A stretch of DNA of 64,000 nt from Bradymonadia bacterium (GTDB lineage Bacteria > Myxococcota_A > Bradymonadia > UBA7976 > UBA1532): contig JBKAGE010000077.1 of NCBI GenBank assembly GCA_046290225.1, forward strand, positions 64,001 through 128,000. Reading direction: 5' to 3'. This document shows positions 49,831 through 60,010 of the stretch, in pieces (positions within the stretch are counted from its first letter, which is position 1; each line of letters begins with the position of its first letter). Below the pieces are notes generated by a model that worked only from the letters and a program-made list of their open reading frames with translations, did not search any database and had not been told where the DNA came from. Made by a program: the position numbers and the translations under genes.

Positions 49831-50421
49831 TTACTTCCGCACGACCTTGCAGTTGCGAGACTCCTTCTCCACGTAGACATTCGCCCGGAGGGCGTAGCCG
49901 TTCATCGAGCTGGAGTTTTTCAGCATGCCGCCCACCTCGTCCATCACCTCAGGCAGGTTCTTGCAGTCGATCTCTTCGAGACGCTTGCTGGCCTTGCTCT
50001 TCATGGCTGCCATGGCGCTCGCCTTGAGGTTGACGCGGCTCTTGCGTGCGCCGCGGCTCTCGAGCACCAGCTCCGACTTCACGTGGCTGGCCCCCTCCTT
50101 CACGACGTAGAGGCTGCTCTCGTCCACGTTGCACTTCTCGCCTTCGAGGGTGATCTTCACCATCTGGCCATGATCGAAGCGCTTGTCTTTGGAGATCTTC
50201 TTGATCGATTGGACCACGTCGTCGCGGTTTGTGCAGAACACCCCACCGTCGACGAGGGCCTCGTTGATGCGAGCGTCAGCGTTCTGGGCACCGACCACCC
50301 GCGACTGGGGCACGGGCACCTCGACGCTGCGGCTCTGGGCACCTGCAACAGATGCCATGGCAGTCATCGCAAAAAAGCAGGCAACGCCCGAAGCGAACAG
50401 GGTCTTTTTATTCTGGCTCAT
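49831..50421 (-). CDS. Secreted hypothetical protein with 4 Cys in the mature part
   Basis: GAGG SD, signal peptide MSQNKKTLFASGVACFFAMTAMASVAGA, host-like codon usage. Confidence 0.7.
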   Translation of the reverse strand: MSQNKKTLFASGVACFFAMTAMASVAGAQSRSVEVPVPQSRVVGAQNADARINEALVDGGVFCTNRDDVVQSIKKISKDKRFDHGQMVKITLEGEKCNVDESSLYVVKEGASHVKSELVLESRGARKSRVNLKASAMAAMKSKASKRLEEIDCKNLPEVMDEVGGMLKNSSSMNGYALRANVYVEKESRNCKVVRK

Positions 50422-50452
50422 GAGACCTCTTTTGCGGTGATTCCGCTGTTTC

Positions 50453-50472
50453 TGACACATGTAGGTGTGTCA
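50453..50472. promoter_or_regulatory. Operator-like palindrome upstream of the secreted-protein gene
   Basis: TGACACA-N6-TGTGTCA, about 30 nt before the minus-strand ATG at 50421. Confidence 0.4.
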
Positions 50473-50651
50473 AATGCTGGTTGCCGAGTGACACGAGAGT
50501 ATTCTGATGTTTGTGTTCGAGGGTTGTGGGTGTGTTCCTCGTTCGATGCATGGCACTCGACGCACAAAACAGTAGGCAGAACACCAGTCTTTGACAATGA
50601 CTTTTTCCACACAAACCTACATTAAACCGAATTATCTTACACTTACCTTCC

Positions 50652-53021
50652 CTATGACCCACCCCCTTTTTTCGAGGGCGCTCTGTCGCCCAAAGCCAAC
50701 AACGCCGGCAAAATGACCAAATCTCCAGGCAGGGCGCAGGCGATGGCCACCAGGACCAGCTGCCCGAAGTGGGCCGTGGCCAGAAAGGCGCTCGTGGTGA
50801 TGACCGAGACCCCGAGACAGAGCAGCACCGTGGTCATGATGATCGGCCGCCCGGTGCGCACCAGGGCCTCGTGGACCGCCTCGTGACGAGGCCGCCGACG
50901 ACGCTCCTCCCGATAGCGCACGAGGAAGTGGATCGTGTCGTCCACGGCGAGGCCCAGGGAGATCGAGAACGTGATCACTGTGGTGGTGTTGAGGGGGTAG
51001 TCGAAGAGCCCCATGAAGCCGAAGGCGCACAGCAACGGGAACATGTTGGGGATCACGCTCAACAGCCCCAGGGGCAGTGAGCGGAACAAGATCACCATGG
51101 CGAAGAAGATGATCACTGCGGCGATGCCGAGGCTGCCGAGCAGATCTTCAATGTAGTACTGCAGCGCTCTCGAGGCCACGAGGCCTTCACCGGTCAACCG
51201 CACCGACACCCCAGGCAAGTCGCCGAAGAGACGCTGCGCCTCGGCCTCGATCTCTTCGAAGAGCGGCAGAAAGTGGCCAGATCCTTTATCGGCGAGCCGA
51301 CCGCTGATGCGGATGTGTTGCCAGTCGTCCCGCATCACCCTGTGCCAGGGCAGGCCGCCCTTGGCTGACGGATCAGCGCCCATCTCCTCGATGAGCAGCG
51401 TCTGGGCCAGCTCTTCGGCGGTCCGGGGCAGGTTCGGGCTGTGGGTCGAGCCCTCGACCTCGGCCTCCACCCCTCTGAAAGCCACCCAAAGCGCTCTGAT
51501 GAAGGTGGCGGGCGACACGGTGCGGCCGGCGCCCTCGAGGCCCTCGATGTATTGCTGCAGCGCCCAGGTCCGTTGCAGCACTTCGGCGTCTTTCAAGCGG
51601 CCCGGCGCGTCACCCTTGATGCTCACGCCGAGCTCCAAAAGCCCTCCGAGGGCCTGCTCTGCCTGCATTTGCGCCTGATACAGCTCGGAGTCGGGGTGGA
51701 AGGCCTCGTGAATGCGGCTGTCGATCTGTACCTGCGTGATGCCATAGCCCAGCACGGCCACCATGGGCAGCATCGACGCCAGCCAGCGGCCCGGATGGGC
51801 TACGACACTGTCAGCGAGGGCCACGAGCACACGATCGAGCTTCGACCCCGTCGAGGTCTTCGAAGGTTGTGTGTCATTGAGCTTCAAAGGCGCGCCACGG
51901 GCGAGGATGAGCGGCACCACGGTGATGGTGGTCAGGTAGGCGAAGACGACGCCGGCGGCGGTGAGCAGACCGAACTCCCGCAAGAGGGCAGTTCGACTCA
52001 CACACAACGAGGCGAAGCCCACGGCGGTGGTGAAACTGGTGAGGAAACAGGCCCCGGCAAGCTTCACCGTGCTCCGGTGCAGAGCCACGCCACCTTCGAG
52101 GCCGCCGTCGTGCTCCTCGGCGTAGCGGGTCATCAGATGGATCGCGTCGGAGATGCCCAGGGTGAAGAGCAACAACGGCAACACATTGCTCAACAGGTTG
52201 ATGGGGGCGTCGAGATGCCCCATGAGCCCGGGCACCCACAGCAACACCAGGGCGATGGCGGCGAAAGGCGCAATCACAGCGATCCATCGCCGCCTGAAGA
52301 GCAAGTAGAGCACCCCGATGAAGAGCACCATCACGATGGGCAGCAACGTGATCTGATCGCGAATGAGCAGCCCCACGGCTTCGACGCGCAGATGAGGCAA
52401 CCCGTAGATTTGTACTGTGACCCCCTGAGGCGGCGGGTGATCGGCGACGAGCGCTTCGAGACGGGTCATGAGCGGCTCGAGCTCGGAGACCTTTCTGATG
52501 GCCTCGTCGACCTCTACGAGCACCGCAGTGGCTTTACCGTCGGTGCTGAGCAGGACCCCACCGATCAGTGGATCAGCCTGCAAAGCTGCGCCGCCTTCGA
52601 CGAGGGCGTCGAGGGTCATGGGGGCGACGATGATGGGATCGAACTCGGCCTTGGGAGGCTGAACGATGGGGGTGGTGACGATGCTCTGCACCTGCGCCAC
52701 CCAGGGCTCGGCCTGCATGCGCTCTGTGAGCGCGGCCACGTGCTCGAGGGCGGTCCGCTGCAAGGCGCCTTCGTCGTGCCGCACGATGACCATCACCAGA
52801 TCGTCGGCGTGGCCAAAGGCCTCGACCATGGACTTCTGGTAGCGATCGTCGTCGTCGCCGGTCTCGAAGAAGGCCTGGGGCGAGAAGTCGAAGCCCAGCC
52901 GCAACATGCCGGCGCCGAGGGCGAGGGTGACGCAGGCCAGCACGAGGGCCACGACTCTGCGTCGTCGCAGCATGAGGTCGATGGCCCGTTCGAGGGCCGA
53001 TGTAGGCTCTGGGGTGTTCAC
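50652..53021 (-). CDS. MMPL/RND-superfamily transporter
   Basis: Two homologous halves, with GISDAIHL...TSFTTAVGF and GLAVDDTIHF...TGRPIIMTT. Confidence 0.92.
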   Translation of the reverse strand: MNTPEPTSALERAIDLMLRRRRVVALVLACVTLALGAGMLRLGFDFSPQAFFETGDDDDRYQKSMVEAFGHADDLVMVIVRHDEGALQRTALEHVAALTERMQAEPWVAQVQSIVTTPIVQPPKAEFDPIIVAPMTLDALVEGGAALQADPLIGGVLLSTDGKATAVLVEVDEAIRKVSELEPLMTRLEALVADHPPPQGVTVQIYGLPHLRVEAVGLLIRDQITLLPIVMVLFIGVLYLLFRRRWIAVIAPFAAIALVLLWVPGLMGHLDAPINLLSNVLPLLLFTLGISDAIHLMTRYAEEHDGGLEGGVALHRSTVKLAGACFLTSFTTAVGFASLCVSRTALLREFGLLTAAGVVFAYLTTITVVPLILARGAPLKLNDTQPSKTSTGSKLDRVLVALADSVVAHPGRWLASMLPMVAVLGYGITQVQIDSRIHEAFHPDSELYQAQMQAEQALGGLLELGVSIKGDAPGRLKDAEVLQRTWALQQYIEGLEGAGRTVSPATFIRALWVAFRGVEAEVEGSTHSPNLPRTAEELAQTLLIEEMGADPSAKGGLPWHRVMRDDWQHIRISGRLADKGSGHFLPLFEEIEAEAQRLFGDLPGVSVRLTGEGLVASRALQYYIEDLLGSLGIAAVIIFFAMVILFRSLPLGLLSVIPNMFPLLCAFGFMGLFDYPLNTTTVITFSISLGLAVDDTIHFLVRYREERRRRPRHEAVHEALVRTGRPIIMTTVLLCLGVSVITTSAFLATAHFGQLVLVAIACALPGDLVILPALLALGDRAPSKKGGGS

Positions 53022-53275
53022 GGTCTCTCTTGATGCACACGGGGGCCCGTCGTCGCGGGGAACACCCTGGCTGATGGGGTCACCTGTGACCCTCGGGTCA
53101 TGGCCGACCCGTGGAGACAGGGGAAGATATCCGGCGAGTCTCGCCGATGTGCCCTCCTGAACTCACACCATATTTCTCGATCTTCCACTTCGCCTGCTCG
53201 CCGCCTAAGTGGACGCTCAAGGGGCTCGAGATCGTCCCGATAACCAAGGGCACGTTCAACGGCAGGGCACAGACC

Positions 53276-56017
53276 ATGCGCACTCGATACCTGAAGAGCA
53301 TCCGCCATCTCTATGTACTCGCCCTTACAGTGATGTGGGGCTGTGAAACCGGAGACACGCCCGCGCGCGTGTTCACCGACGCCGCGCCGATCCCCGACGG
53401 GGCGCCATCATCCAACTCAGATGCGGGCACGCGATATGAGGCCGTAGAGGTCCCTGACGAGGTCGAGGGTGAGATCCCCGAGGCCGTGCACGGGCCTGAC
53501 GAGACGCCGCCTGCTGAAGAAGGCCCCATCGACGAAGATCCAGTCGACGCAGATCCGATCGACGAAGATCCAATCGATGAGGAGCCGATCGCTGAAGCTC
53601 CGGGAGAAGGTGCACCCAATGGGGAAGGGTCAGCCGCTGAAGAGCCAGCCGCCGAGCCCCCTGTGGAGCACCCCGGCGAAGAGCAACCAGACGCACAACA
53701 ACCCGAAGCAGAAGCGCCCGGAGCGGGGGCGCCCGCTGCGCCTGCGCCGGTGATCCGCATGCGCAATGTAGTCGCCGAGTGCGAGGGGCCGTGGGGATCA
53801 GTCGTGCGGCTCAACGCGTGTGGCAGTGAAGGTGAGGTCCTCACCTATCGCTGGCTGAGCGACGTGCCCCTGGCGCCCAGATGTGATCCAGAGGGTGTGT
53901 TCCCACTGGGCGCCCACGCCCTCACCCTGGAGATCACCGACGTGCACGGCCGTGTGAGCGCCGCCCGCGTAGAGGTGGTGGTCGAGGACACCACGCCCCC
54001 TCACGTCGAGCTGGTGCGCCTCGCCCAAGAGGACGACGATCGCTGGCGGTGGTGTCACAGGCCCAGGCAGTTCGAGGTCCTGGACATCGGCGAGGGCGAT
54101 CTGTGCGGCGCAGAGATCACCCATCGATGGCGCGTGAACGGTGTGCCTGTGCTCGAAGACTCTCGGAGGCTCACCTTCGAAGACATCGAGGCCGGCTTAC
54201 ACGGCGAGGCTGGTCTGCACAACGTGGTGGCCGAGGTCTGCGATGCCCACGGCAACTGCGCCCAGCCTCTCATCGTCGCTGGAGAGCGCCGCCCTGTGTC
54301 GGGGGACGGCTTCTTCTACGACGAGCCGGGTCGCCTCGTCGTCGATCACGCCCGTGGCGCCCTAGGTCAAGAGCGCGTGCGCATCACGCTCGAGTACATC
54401 GATCCGCTCACCGACATCTGCAACGACCCGATCTCTTGGGGCGAAGCTCTGGCGAGCTATGTGCAGGTCGGCCCCCTCGAGTTCCAGGCCCCTCGCGGAC
54501 ACTTCGAGGATCGGGCGAGCTGGGGGGTAGACCGAGCGGTCTATGCCTCTACGGCGCTCAGAGGGCGGCCCTTCCCAGAGCTCGGCGCCACGTGGCGGCT
54601 GCCCGCGGCGGACGGGATCTTGGACAGCGGCCTATGGCGAGGCCGTCAGCGCGTGACCCAACCCCCAGAGGGCTTCGTACCTGGCCAGCCCTTCACCGTG
54701 TGGCTCAACGGCGTCGAGATCCCACCGGCCGACGCGCAGCTCGACGCCGAGGCAGACACCGTGAGCACGCAGCTCAACCACCTCTCATCCATCGCCCTCG
54801 CCGCGCGCATCAACGCCATGAGCGATCTCACCGGGGTGGTGGCGTGGCCCATGCCCACGGTGGTGCCCATCATCGACGAGCCCGAGGCGGTGCGGCGCCT
54901 GGATCACATCCGCTTCTTCTCCATCAACCAAGTGGGGAGCCCCGAGCTCGTGGTCCAGCCGGGGGGCGCTGAGCTCTACCGCCAACTGCACGCCGCTGGA
55001 CGTGAGCACGGCATCGCCATCGGGGATCTGCCTGGCGTCGGTCGAGTCATTCAGGCTGACGACGGGCGCAACGTGGCGATCTTGTGCCGCGAGCAGGGCT
55101 GCGAGCGCGCGGGCATGCACACGACGGCGAAGTTCCACGGCGCGGTGTACGCCGGTGAGGTGATGTTGTGGTCTGCTGAAGCATTCCACCTCAGGATCGC
55201 GGATCAGGATCAGCGCCTCGTGCACGACGACATGGTGCACCCTACGGCCTGGAGCGGCCCCGCGGTGCGGCACGGCGGGCCCGTCTCGGAGGCCCTCATC
55301 GTCGACGAGACCCGCCGTATCGGCGGACCAGAGCTGACTGAGCAAAACCTCTCTATCAACGGCATCTCCATCGGCATACCCGGGGTCGTGCAAGACATCA
55401 TCAACGGCGGCACCGAGAGCGAGGCACCCTGGAAGGCCTACATGATCAACGAGCACGCCGACGAGACCGGGGTGATCGCTCAGCCCACCCCAGCCCGTTG
55501 GCATCGCCCAGTACAGCGCATCCGCAGGGGCACCTTGGCTGGGCGTGAGTACATATACATCAACGATGTTGAGCTCCCAGAGGTCGACTTCGAAGCGGGT
55601 GATGCCACCGGAGCCCTCGTAGAGGCATTCAACAGCGTGAGCAACGCGTCGGGCGTCGTCGCCACGATCGTCGACGGTGTGTTCGAGCTGACCACCCCCG
55701 CTGGGGAAGACATCAACATACGCAGCTCATTTCCCGAGTGGCGTGGCAACGCCAAGGGAGGCATTGAGCTCAGCAGCGGCGCGACCTTCGTCGTCGAGGG
55801 CGAGTTGTCCACCATCGGCTGGCCTGGAAGGCGGGTCATCGTGCCCTGGCCCGAAGACGGCGCCGATCATGACGCGCTGTGGACCATCGAGCACACCGGC
55901 GACATGTTCGTCTTTACCCACCGGGAGCCGCTCCCAGAGCCGCTGCGCACCCTCGACCGCGATCAACTGCGCATCAACATCGACGGCTTCTTGTTCGACT
56001 GGGAGTGGTGGTTCTGA
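53276..56017 (+). CDS. Large lipoprotein: acidic tether, PKD/Ig-like segment, flagellin IN-motif-like repeats
   Basis: Lipobox VMWGC; E/P/D-rich linker; AARINAMSDLTGVVA, INEHADETGVIA, FNSVSNASGVVA, ADDGRNV. Confidence 0.6.
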   Translation: MRTRYLKSIRHLYVLALTVMWGCETGDTPARVFTDAAPIPDGAPSSNSDAGTRYEAVEVPDEVEGEIPEAVHGPDETPPAEEGPIDEDPVDADPIDEDPIDEEPIAEAPGEGAPNGEGSAAEEPAAEPPVEHPGEEQPDAQQPEAEAPGAGAPAAPAPVIRMRNVVAECEGPWGSVVRLNACGSEGEVLTYRWLSDVPLAPRCDPEGVFPLGAHALTLEITDVHGRVSAARVEVVVEDTTPPHVELVRLAQEDDDRWRWCHRPRQFEVLDIGEGDLCGAEITHRWRVNGVPVLEDSRRLTFEDIEAGLHGEAGLHNVVAEVCDAHGNCAQPLIVAGERRPVSGDGFFYDEPGRLVVDHARGALGQERVRITLEYIDPLTDICNDPISWGEALASYVQVGPLEFQAPRGHFEDRASWGVDRAVYASTALRGRPFPELGATWRLPAADGILDSGLWRGRQRVTQPPEGFVPGQPFTVWLNGVEIPPADAQLDAEADTVSTQLNHLSSIALAARINAMSDLTGVVAWPMPTVVPIIDEPEAVRRLDHIRFFSINQVGSPELVVQPGGAELYRQLHAAGREHGIAIGDLPGVGRVIQADDGRNVAILCREQGCERAGMHTTAKFHGAVYAGEVMLWSAEAFHLRIADQDQRLVHDDMVHPTAWSGPAVRHGGPVSEALIVDETRRIGGPELTEQNLSINGISIGIPGVVQDIINGGTESEAPWKAYMINEHADETGVIAQPTPARWHRPVQRIRRGTLAGREYIYINDVELPEVDFEAGDATGALVEAFNSVSNASGVVATIVDGVFELTTPAGEDINIRSSFPEWRGNAKGGIELSSGATFVVEGELSTIGWPGRRVIVPWPEDGADHDALWTIEHTGDMFVFTHREPLPEPLRTLDRDQLRINIDGFLFDWEWWF

Positions 56018-56073
56018 GGCACGCGAGGTGATTTTCGGTGGCCGGTGCCGCCCGCAAGCGTTATGCAGTCTGC

Positions 56074-57045
56074 ATGCATTGGACGACGATCACGCTCATC
56101 TCTCTGGCCGCCCTATGGCTGCTCGCTAACTTCAGGACCCGGCGCCCTGACGGCACGCTTGTGCCCAAGGTGCACCCGTACCGGCACTTGATGCAGTACA
56201 TCATGCCCACCCGGAACGAGTCGCTGGTGTACTTCGACAGCTATGTCTACGCCGAGTCCATCGAGGCCTACCTCGAGAAGGCGGGGCCCAAGCTCGGGGC
56301 CAACATGATCCACGCCTTCATCGGGGCCCTCAACGTAGCCTTCGGGTTCCACCCCCACATGAACCGCTTCGTCGCCGGCAAGCGGCTCTACGATCGCGAC
56401 GGGCGGTGGTTCAGCTTCAGCATGAAGCGCAAGAAGATGGGCAAGAAGGCCAAGCTCTCTGCGGTGAAGATGCAGATGAAGGACGGCGAGTCTTTCGCCG
56501 ACCTCGTGGCCCGCATCAACGGCAGCATCAGCCACGAGCGCAGTGGTAAGAAGACCGCCGCCGACAAAGAGTACGATCTGTTCAAGATCTTGCCCCGCCC
56601 TCTGCTCGCTGGGGCGGCGAAGTTCCTGCGGTGGCTCGACTATTACGGGCTGCTGCCGGGCTTCTTCATCAAGGGCGACGGCATGTACACCACCTGCTTC
56701 GTGGCCAACCTCGGCAGCCTGGGCATCGCCCCGGCCTACCACCACCTGTACGAGTGGGGGAACTGCCCCATCTTCATGATGCTGGGCAAGATCGACGACA
56801 AGCCCGTCATCGAAGACGGCGAGGTGGTGGTCCGCCGGGTGCTGCACCTGCGCATCAGCCTCGACGAGCGCGTGGCCGACGCCCTCGCCGCCCACGACGG
56901 CACAAAGACCATCATCGAGATCTTGCAGAACCCCGAGAAGTGGCTCGGCTGCATCGCCGAAGACGACAGCGACGTGTTCCCCATGTGGCCCCGTAAAGAC
57001 GATGAGCCCTGCCCTGGAGACAACGCACGCCTGGCAGTGTGCTGA
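56074..57045 (+). CDS. 2-oxoacid dehydrogenase E2 catalytic-domain-like protein (stand-alone)
   Basis: N-terminal TM helix; HPHMNRFV, FVANLGSLG, SLDERVADA; no lipoyl domain. Confidence 0.75.
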   Translation: MHWTTITLISLAALWLLANFRTRRPDGTLVPKVHPYRHLMQYIMPTRNESLVYFDSYVYAESIEAYLEKAGPKLGANMIHAFIGALNVAFGFHPHMNRFVAGKRLYDRDGRWFSFSMKRKKMGKKAKLSAVKMQMKDGESFADLVARINGSISHERSGKKTAADKEYDLFKILPRPLLAGAAKFLRWLDYYGLLPGFFIKGDGMYTTCFVANLGSLGIAPAYHHLYEWGNCPIFMMLGKIDDKPVIEDGEVVVRRVLHLRISLDERVADALAAHDGTKTIIEILQNPEKWLGCIAEDDSDVFPMWPRKDDEPCPGDNARLAVC

Positions 57046-57067
57046 TCACCAGAGAACAGAGAGCGAG

Positions 57068-58090
57068 ATGAGCGCTGATCACCCTCACCGACGCGAAGTC
57101 CTCGCCACCCTCGGCGCCGGCGCAGCTGTGGCGGCGCTCCCTGCAGAAGCCGCCTCACCGGCGAAGCTGCTCGAAGATCAGGTGGTGCTCAGCGCCAACC
57201 CCACCACCCGCGTGCTCTACACCTGGACCACCAAAGAGCAGATCTTCGCCCTGCGTCACGGCGCGCCTCTGCTCGAGCGGGCCCGCTCGCCTCGTCATGG
57301 TCTGTCGCGGTTCGATCGCGCGCTCCGCGCCACCACCAAAGATCAGCAACACCCCCTGCACGCCCACCTGCTCAGCGACGGGTACATGTCCCGGCGGTTC
57401 GCCTGGGCCCAGCCCTGGGGCACGCTGCTCGGGTGGGGTGAAGAGACATATGGTGATCAGCTGATCCGCATCGAGCTGAAGCCCGAGGCACTCGTGGCCT
57501 CGGTCCAGACGGGTGATCGCCCCCGCCGCTGGCTCACTCACCCACACGGGCAGCCCACGCCCCGGCCGAGCGCAGCGGAGGATGTCGGCAAAATCGGTGC
57601 CGTCTTTCATATCCATGAGGGGGGTCGGTACTGCGGGCCAAGCACCCATAAACTGGTGGGCACGATGATGGTCCGCGAGGCGCCCGCTGAATGCGTCGAG
57701 GTGGGCACCTTCGGCTCAGAGAGCCGCTTCTATCGAGAGTACATCCTCTTCGATCCCGCTCAGATCGCCCGCTGGTCCTATGGCGATCGTCAATGCCGCG
57801 CAGCGCTGAGGGCGGATATCGAGCTCGTGGGCCAGCTGATTTCAGCCCAGAAACAACTCAGCGCCGAGGGCCTGCGCTGGCCGCCTGCAACAGAGGCTTG
57901 GCTCAAGCAACCCACCCCCGGGCGCCCGGTGCCGTCGATGCCCGACGAGCACCGTCTGCGGCAGCTCTACATCGGCGCCCTGCCCTGGACGTCACCGCCG
58001 TACACGCCCGAGCGCAGACAGCTCAAAGCGCTGCAGGCTGCGCTGCGCAAGGCCCTCAAATCGCAGGGCAAGCCCCTCTCGAGCCCGTGA
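57068..58090 (+). CDS. Hypothetical protein with a twin-arginine signal
   Basis: HRREVLATLGAGAAVAALPAEA. Confidence 0.6.
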   Translation: MSADHPHRREVLATLGAGAAVAALPAEAASPAKLLEDQVVLSANPTTRVLYTWTTKEQIFALRHGAPLLERARSPRHGLSRFDRALRATTKDQQHPLHAHLLSDGYMSRRFAWAQPWGTLLGWGEETYGDQLIRIELKPEALVASVQTGDRPRRWLTHPHGQPTPRPSAAEDVGKIGAVFHIHEGGRYCGPSTHKLVGTMMVREAPAECVEVGTFGSESRFYREYILFDPAQIARWSYGDRQCRAALRADIELVGQLISAQKQLSAEGLRWPPATEAWLKQPTPGRPVPSMPDEHRLRQLYIGALPWTSPPYTPERRQLKALQAALRKALKSQGKPLSSP

Positions 58091-58599
58091 GGCCGCGGCG
58101 GATCCCCCGGGCGGAGGCGGTCGCGCGGATCCAGGCCGTCTATGGCGACGCTGACTGCCTCATGTGTGCCATCCTCGAAGGCCAGGGCCCACCCCCCCTC
58201 ACCGTACATCGAGGCACCCACGCCACGGTGACCCTCGCCCGCTTCGCCCGAGCGCCAGGGCACCTGATGGTTCTGTTGCACGATCATCAAACGCACGTGG
58301 CCGAGCTGGCTCCGGAGGCGTGGCTTGAGGCCTGCGTCCTGGCACAACGCGGCGCTCAGGTGATCCAACGTCTCTATGATCCTCGGCGCTGCTATGTGGC
58401 CTCACTGGGCACCGATCTCGACCACCTGCCCATGACCTGCCCCCATGTGCACGTGCACGTCATCCCCATATTCGAGTCCGGGGCCCGACCGTCGTCGGTG
58501 CTCTCCTGGTCTGATGGGGTCTGGGATGCCGACGAGGCGTGGTGGCAGGCTGAGCGGCTTCGGTTTCGTGAAGCCTGGGCGCTCACCGAAGTGTGCTGA
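58087..58599 (+). CDS. HIT-family hydrolase
   Basis: CLMC, PGHLMV, histidine triad PHVHVHVIP; GTGA overlap with the upstream stop. Confidence 0.85.
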   Translation: MRPRRIPRAEAVARIQAVYGDADCLMCAILEGQGPPPLTVHRGTHATVTLARFARAPGHLMVLLHDHQTHVAELAPEAWLEACVLAQRGAQVIQRLYDPRRCYVASLGTDLDHLPMTCPHVHVHVIPIFESGARPSSVLSWSDGVWDADEAWWQAERLRFREAWALTEVC

Positions 58600-60007
58600 C
58601 CCGCCACTGGAACATCACGCAGGTGGCGGCGGCGGCGACGTTGAGCGAGTCGATCACCCCGAACATCGGGATCTCCACCACCAGATCAGCGGCAGCTCTC
58701 AGCGCCGGGGGCACCCCGGTGTCTTCGGCCCCCATCACGAACATCGGCCGCGGGGGCCATGGGGCCTCGTGATAGGGCACCGAGTCGGGGGTCTGCTGCA
58801 CCGCCACGATCTGGAACCCTCGGGCCCGGGCGATGCGCATCATCGCTTCGGCGTCAGGGGCCTCCCGTACCGGGATCACCCGGTCGGTCCCCCGGGCGGG
58901 GCTGCGGAACAACCCCCCCTGCCCCACGAGCCACACCTCGGCCACACCAGCGGCTTCGGCGCTGCGGACCGCGGTGCCCAGGTTCACGTCGAAGCGTGTC
59001 TGGCACAGCGCCAGGGCAGAAGGCGGTCGCTCTACCACAGGGGCGTCGTCGTCGGGGCCGATGCCATATGGAGGGCGCGCCGACACCGCGTCGAGCCAGG
59101 CGTGACGGCCCAGTCGATGCTCGATGATCTCTGGGGCGAAGGCGCCCTGCTGTGCCCGCTCTGCGAGCCAGCGCACGCCCGCATCTGCGTCTTCTCTCAA
59201 CATGAGCAGCGCAGGATCATTCGCTGGCAGCGCCCGGGCCACGGCTGCCCGAATTGCCGAATCGGGATCTCCAGCCAGCGCCCTCAAAGCAGGCAATGCC
59301 TCGGGGGCCCGGTGGGCGATGGCCCAGGCAGCGGTCACCCGGTGCTCACCCACGAGCATCGCCCGCAGAGCCTCTGGCTCGGCGATGTGGTCGAGGGCCA
59401 CGGCATCGCCCCCGTGCACCGCGGCCACCAGCGCATCATGAGCAGGCCGCGCTCTGGCCAGCGCCCGCATCAACGGCTCCGGGCAGGCTCGGCCGGCGTC
59501 TTGATGGCTCTGCACCGCTGATGCGAGGGCCTCGTCGGGCAAATCGCCCTGAGACAACAACGCCTCGGCAGCCCGACGCACCACCTCTACATCTTCGTCG
59601 GCGATGGCCTCGGTGAGGGCCTCTGCAGGGGCAGCCCGCGTAGCCGAAGCGCGGCGCACCCAGGCCGAGGGTGATCTCAACCCATCGCCCAGAGCCGGCT
59701 CGGTGGGATCTGCAAGGATGGTGAGCACTCGGGCGGCGGCCACCCGCGGTCGCTCTGCCGCCTCTTCGTCGAGCAGCAATGGCCGAAGCACCGGCCACAC
59801 GAGGGCTTGGCGCATCTCCGACAACAAGCGGGCTGCGCGGCGACGGACAGGTTTGTGGGGGGCATCGAGCAGGGTGGCGAGGGCCCGCACCGTCGTGGGC
59901 GTGCCGTGGGCGAGCAGCACCCCTCGGGCCTGGTCTCGCGCCAGGGTGTCGGGATCGTAGATCGCCTCTTCGAGGGCCTGCTCGAGCTCAGCGGCAGATA
60001 CGCCCAC
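58583..60007 (-). CDS. HEAT-repeat domain fused to a SpoU/TrmH RNA methyltransferase
   Basis: HEAT-like repeats (VRRRAA, VRRASA, IRAAVARAL), then NLGTAVRSAEAAG, VMGAEDTG, IPMFGVIDSLNVAAA. Confidence 0.88.
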   Translation of the reverse strand: MGVSAAELEQALEEAIYDPDTLARDQARGVLLAHGTPTTVRALATLLDAPHKPVRRRAARLLSEMRQALVWPVLRPLLLDEEAAERPRVAAARVLTILADPTEPALGDGLRSPSAWVRRASATRAAPAEALTEAIADEDVEVVRRAAEALLSQGDLPDEALASAVQSHQDAGRACPEPLMRALARARPAHDALVAAVHGGDAVALDHIAEPEALRAMLVGEHRVTAAWAIAHRAPEALPALRALAGDPDSAIRAAVARALPANDPALLMLREDADAGVRWLAERAQQGAFAPEIIEHRLGRHAWLDAVSARPPYGIGPDDDAPVVERPPSALALCQTRFDVNLGTAVRSAEAAGVAEVWLVGQGGLFRSPARGTDRVIPVREAPDAEAMMRIARARGFQIVAVQQTPDSVPYHEAPWPPRPMFVMGAEDTGVPPALRAAADLVVEIPMFGVIDSLNVAAAATCVMFQWRVSTLR

Positions 60008-60010
60008 GGC

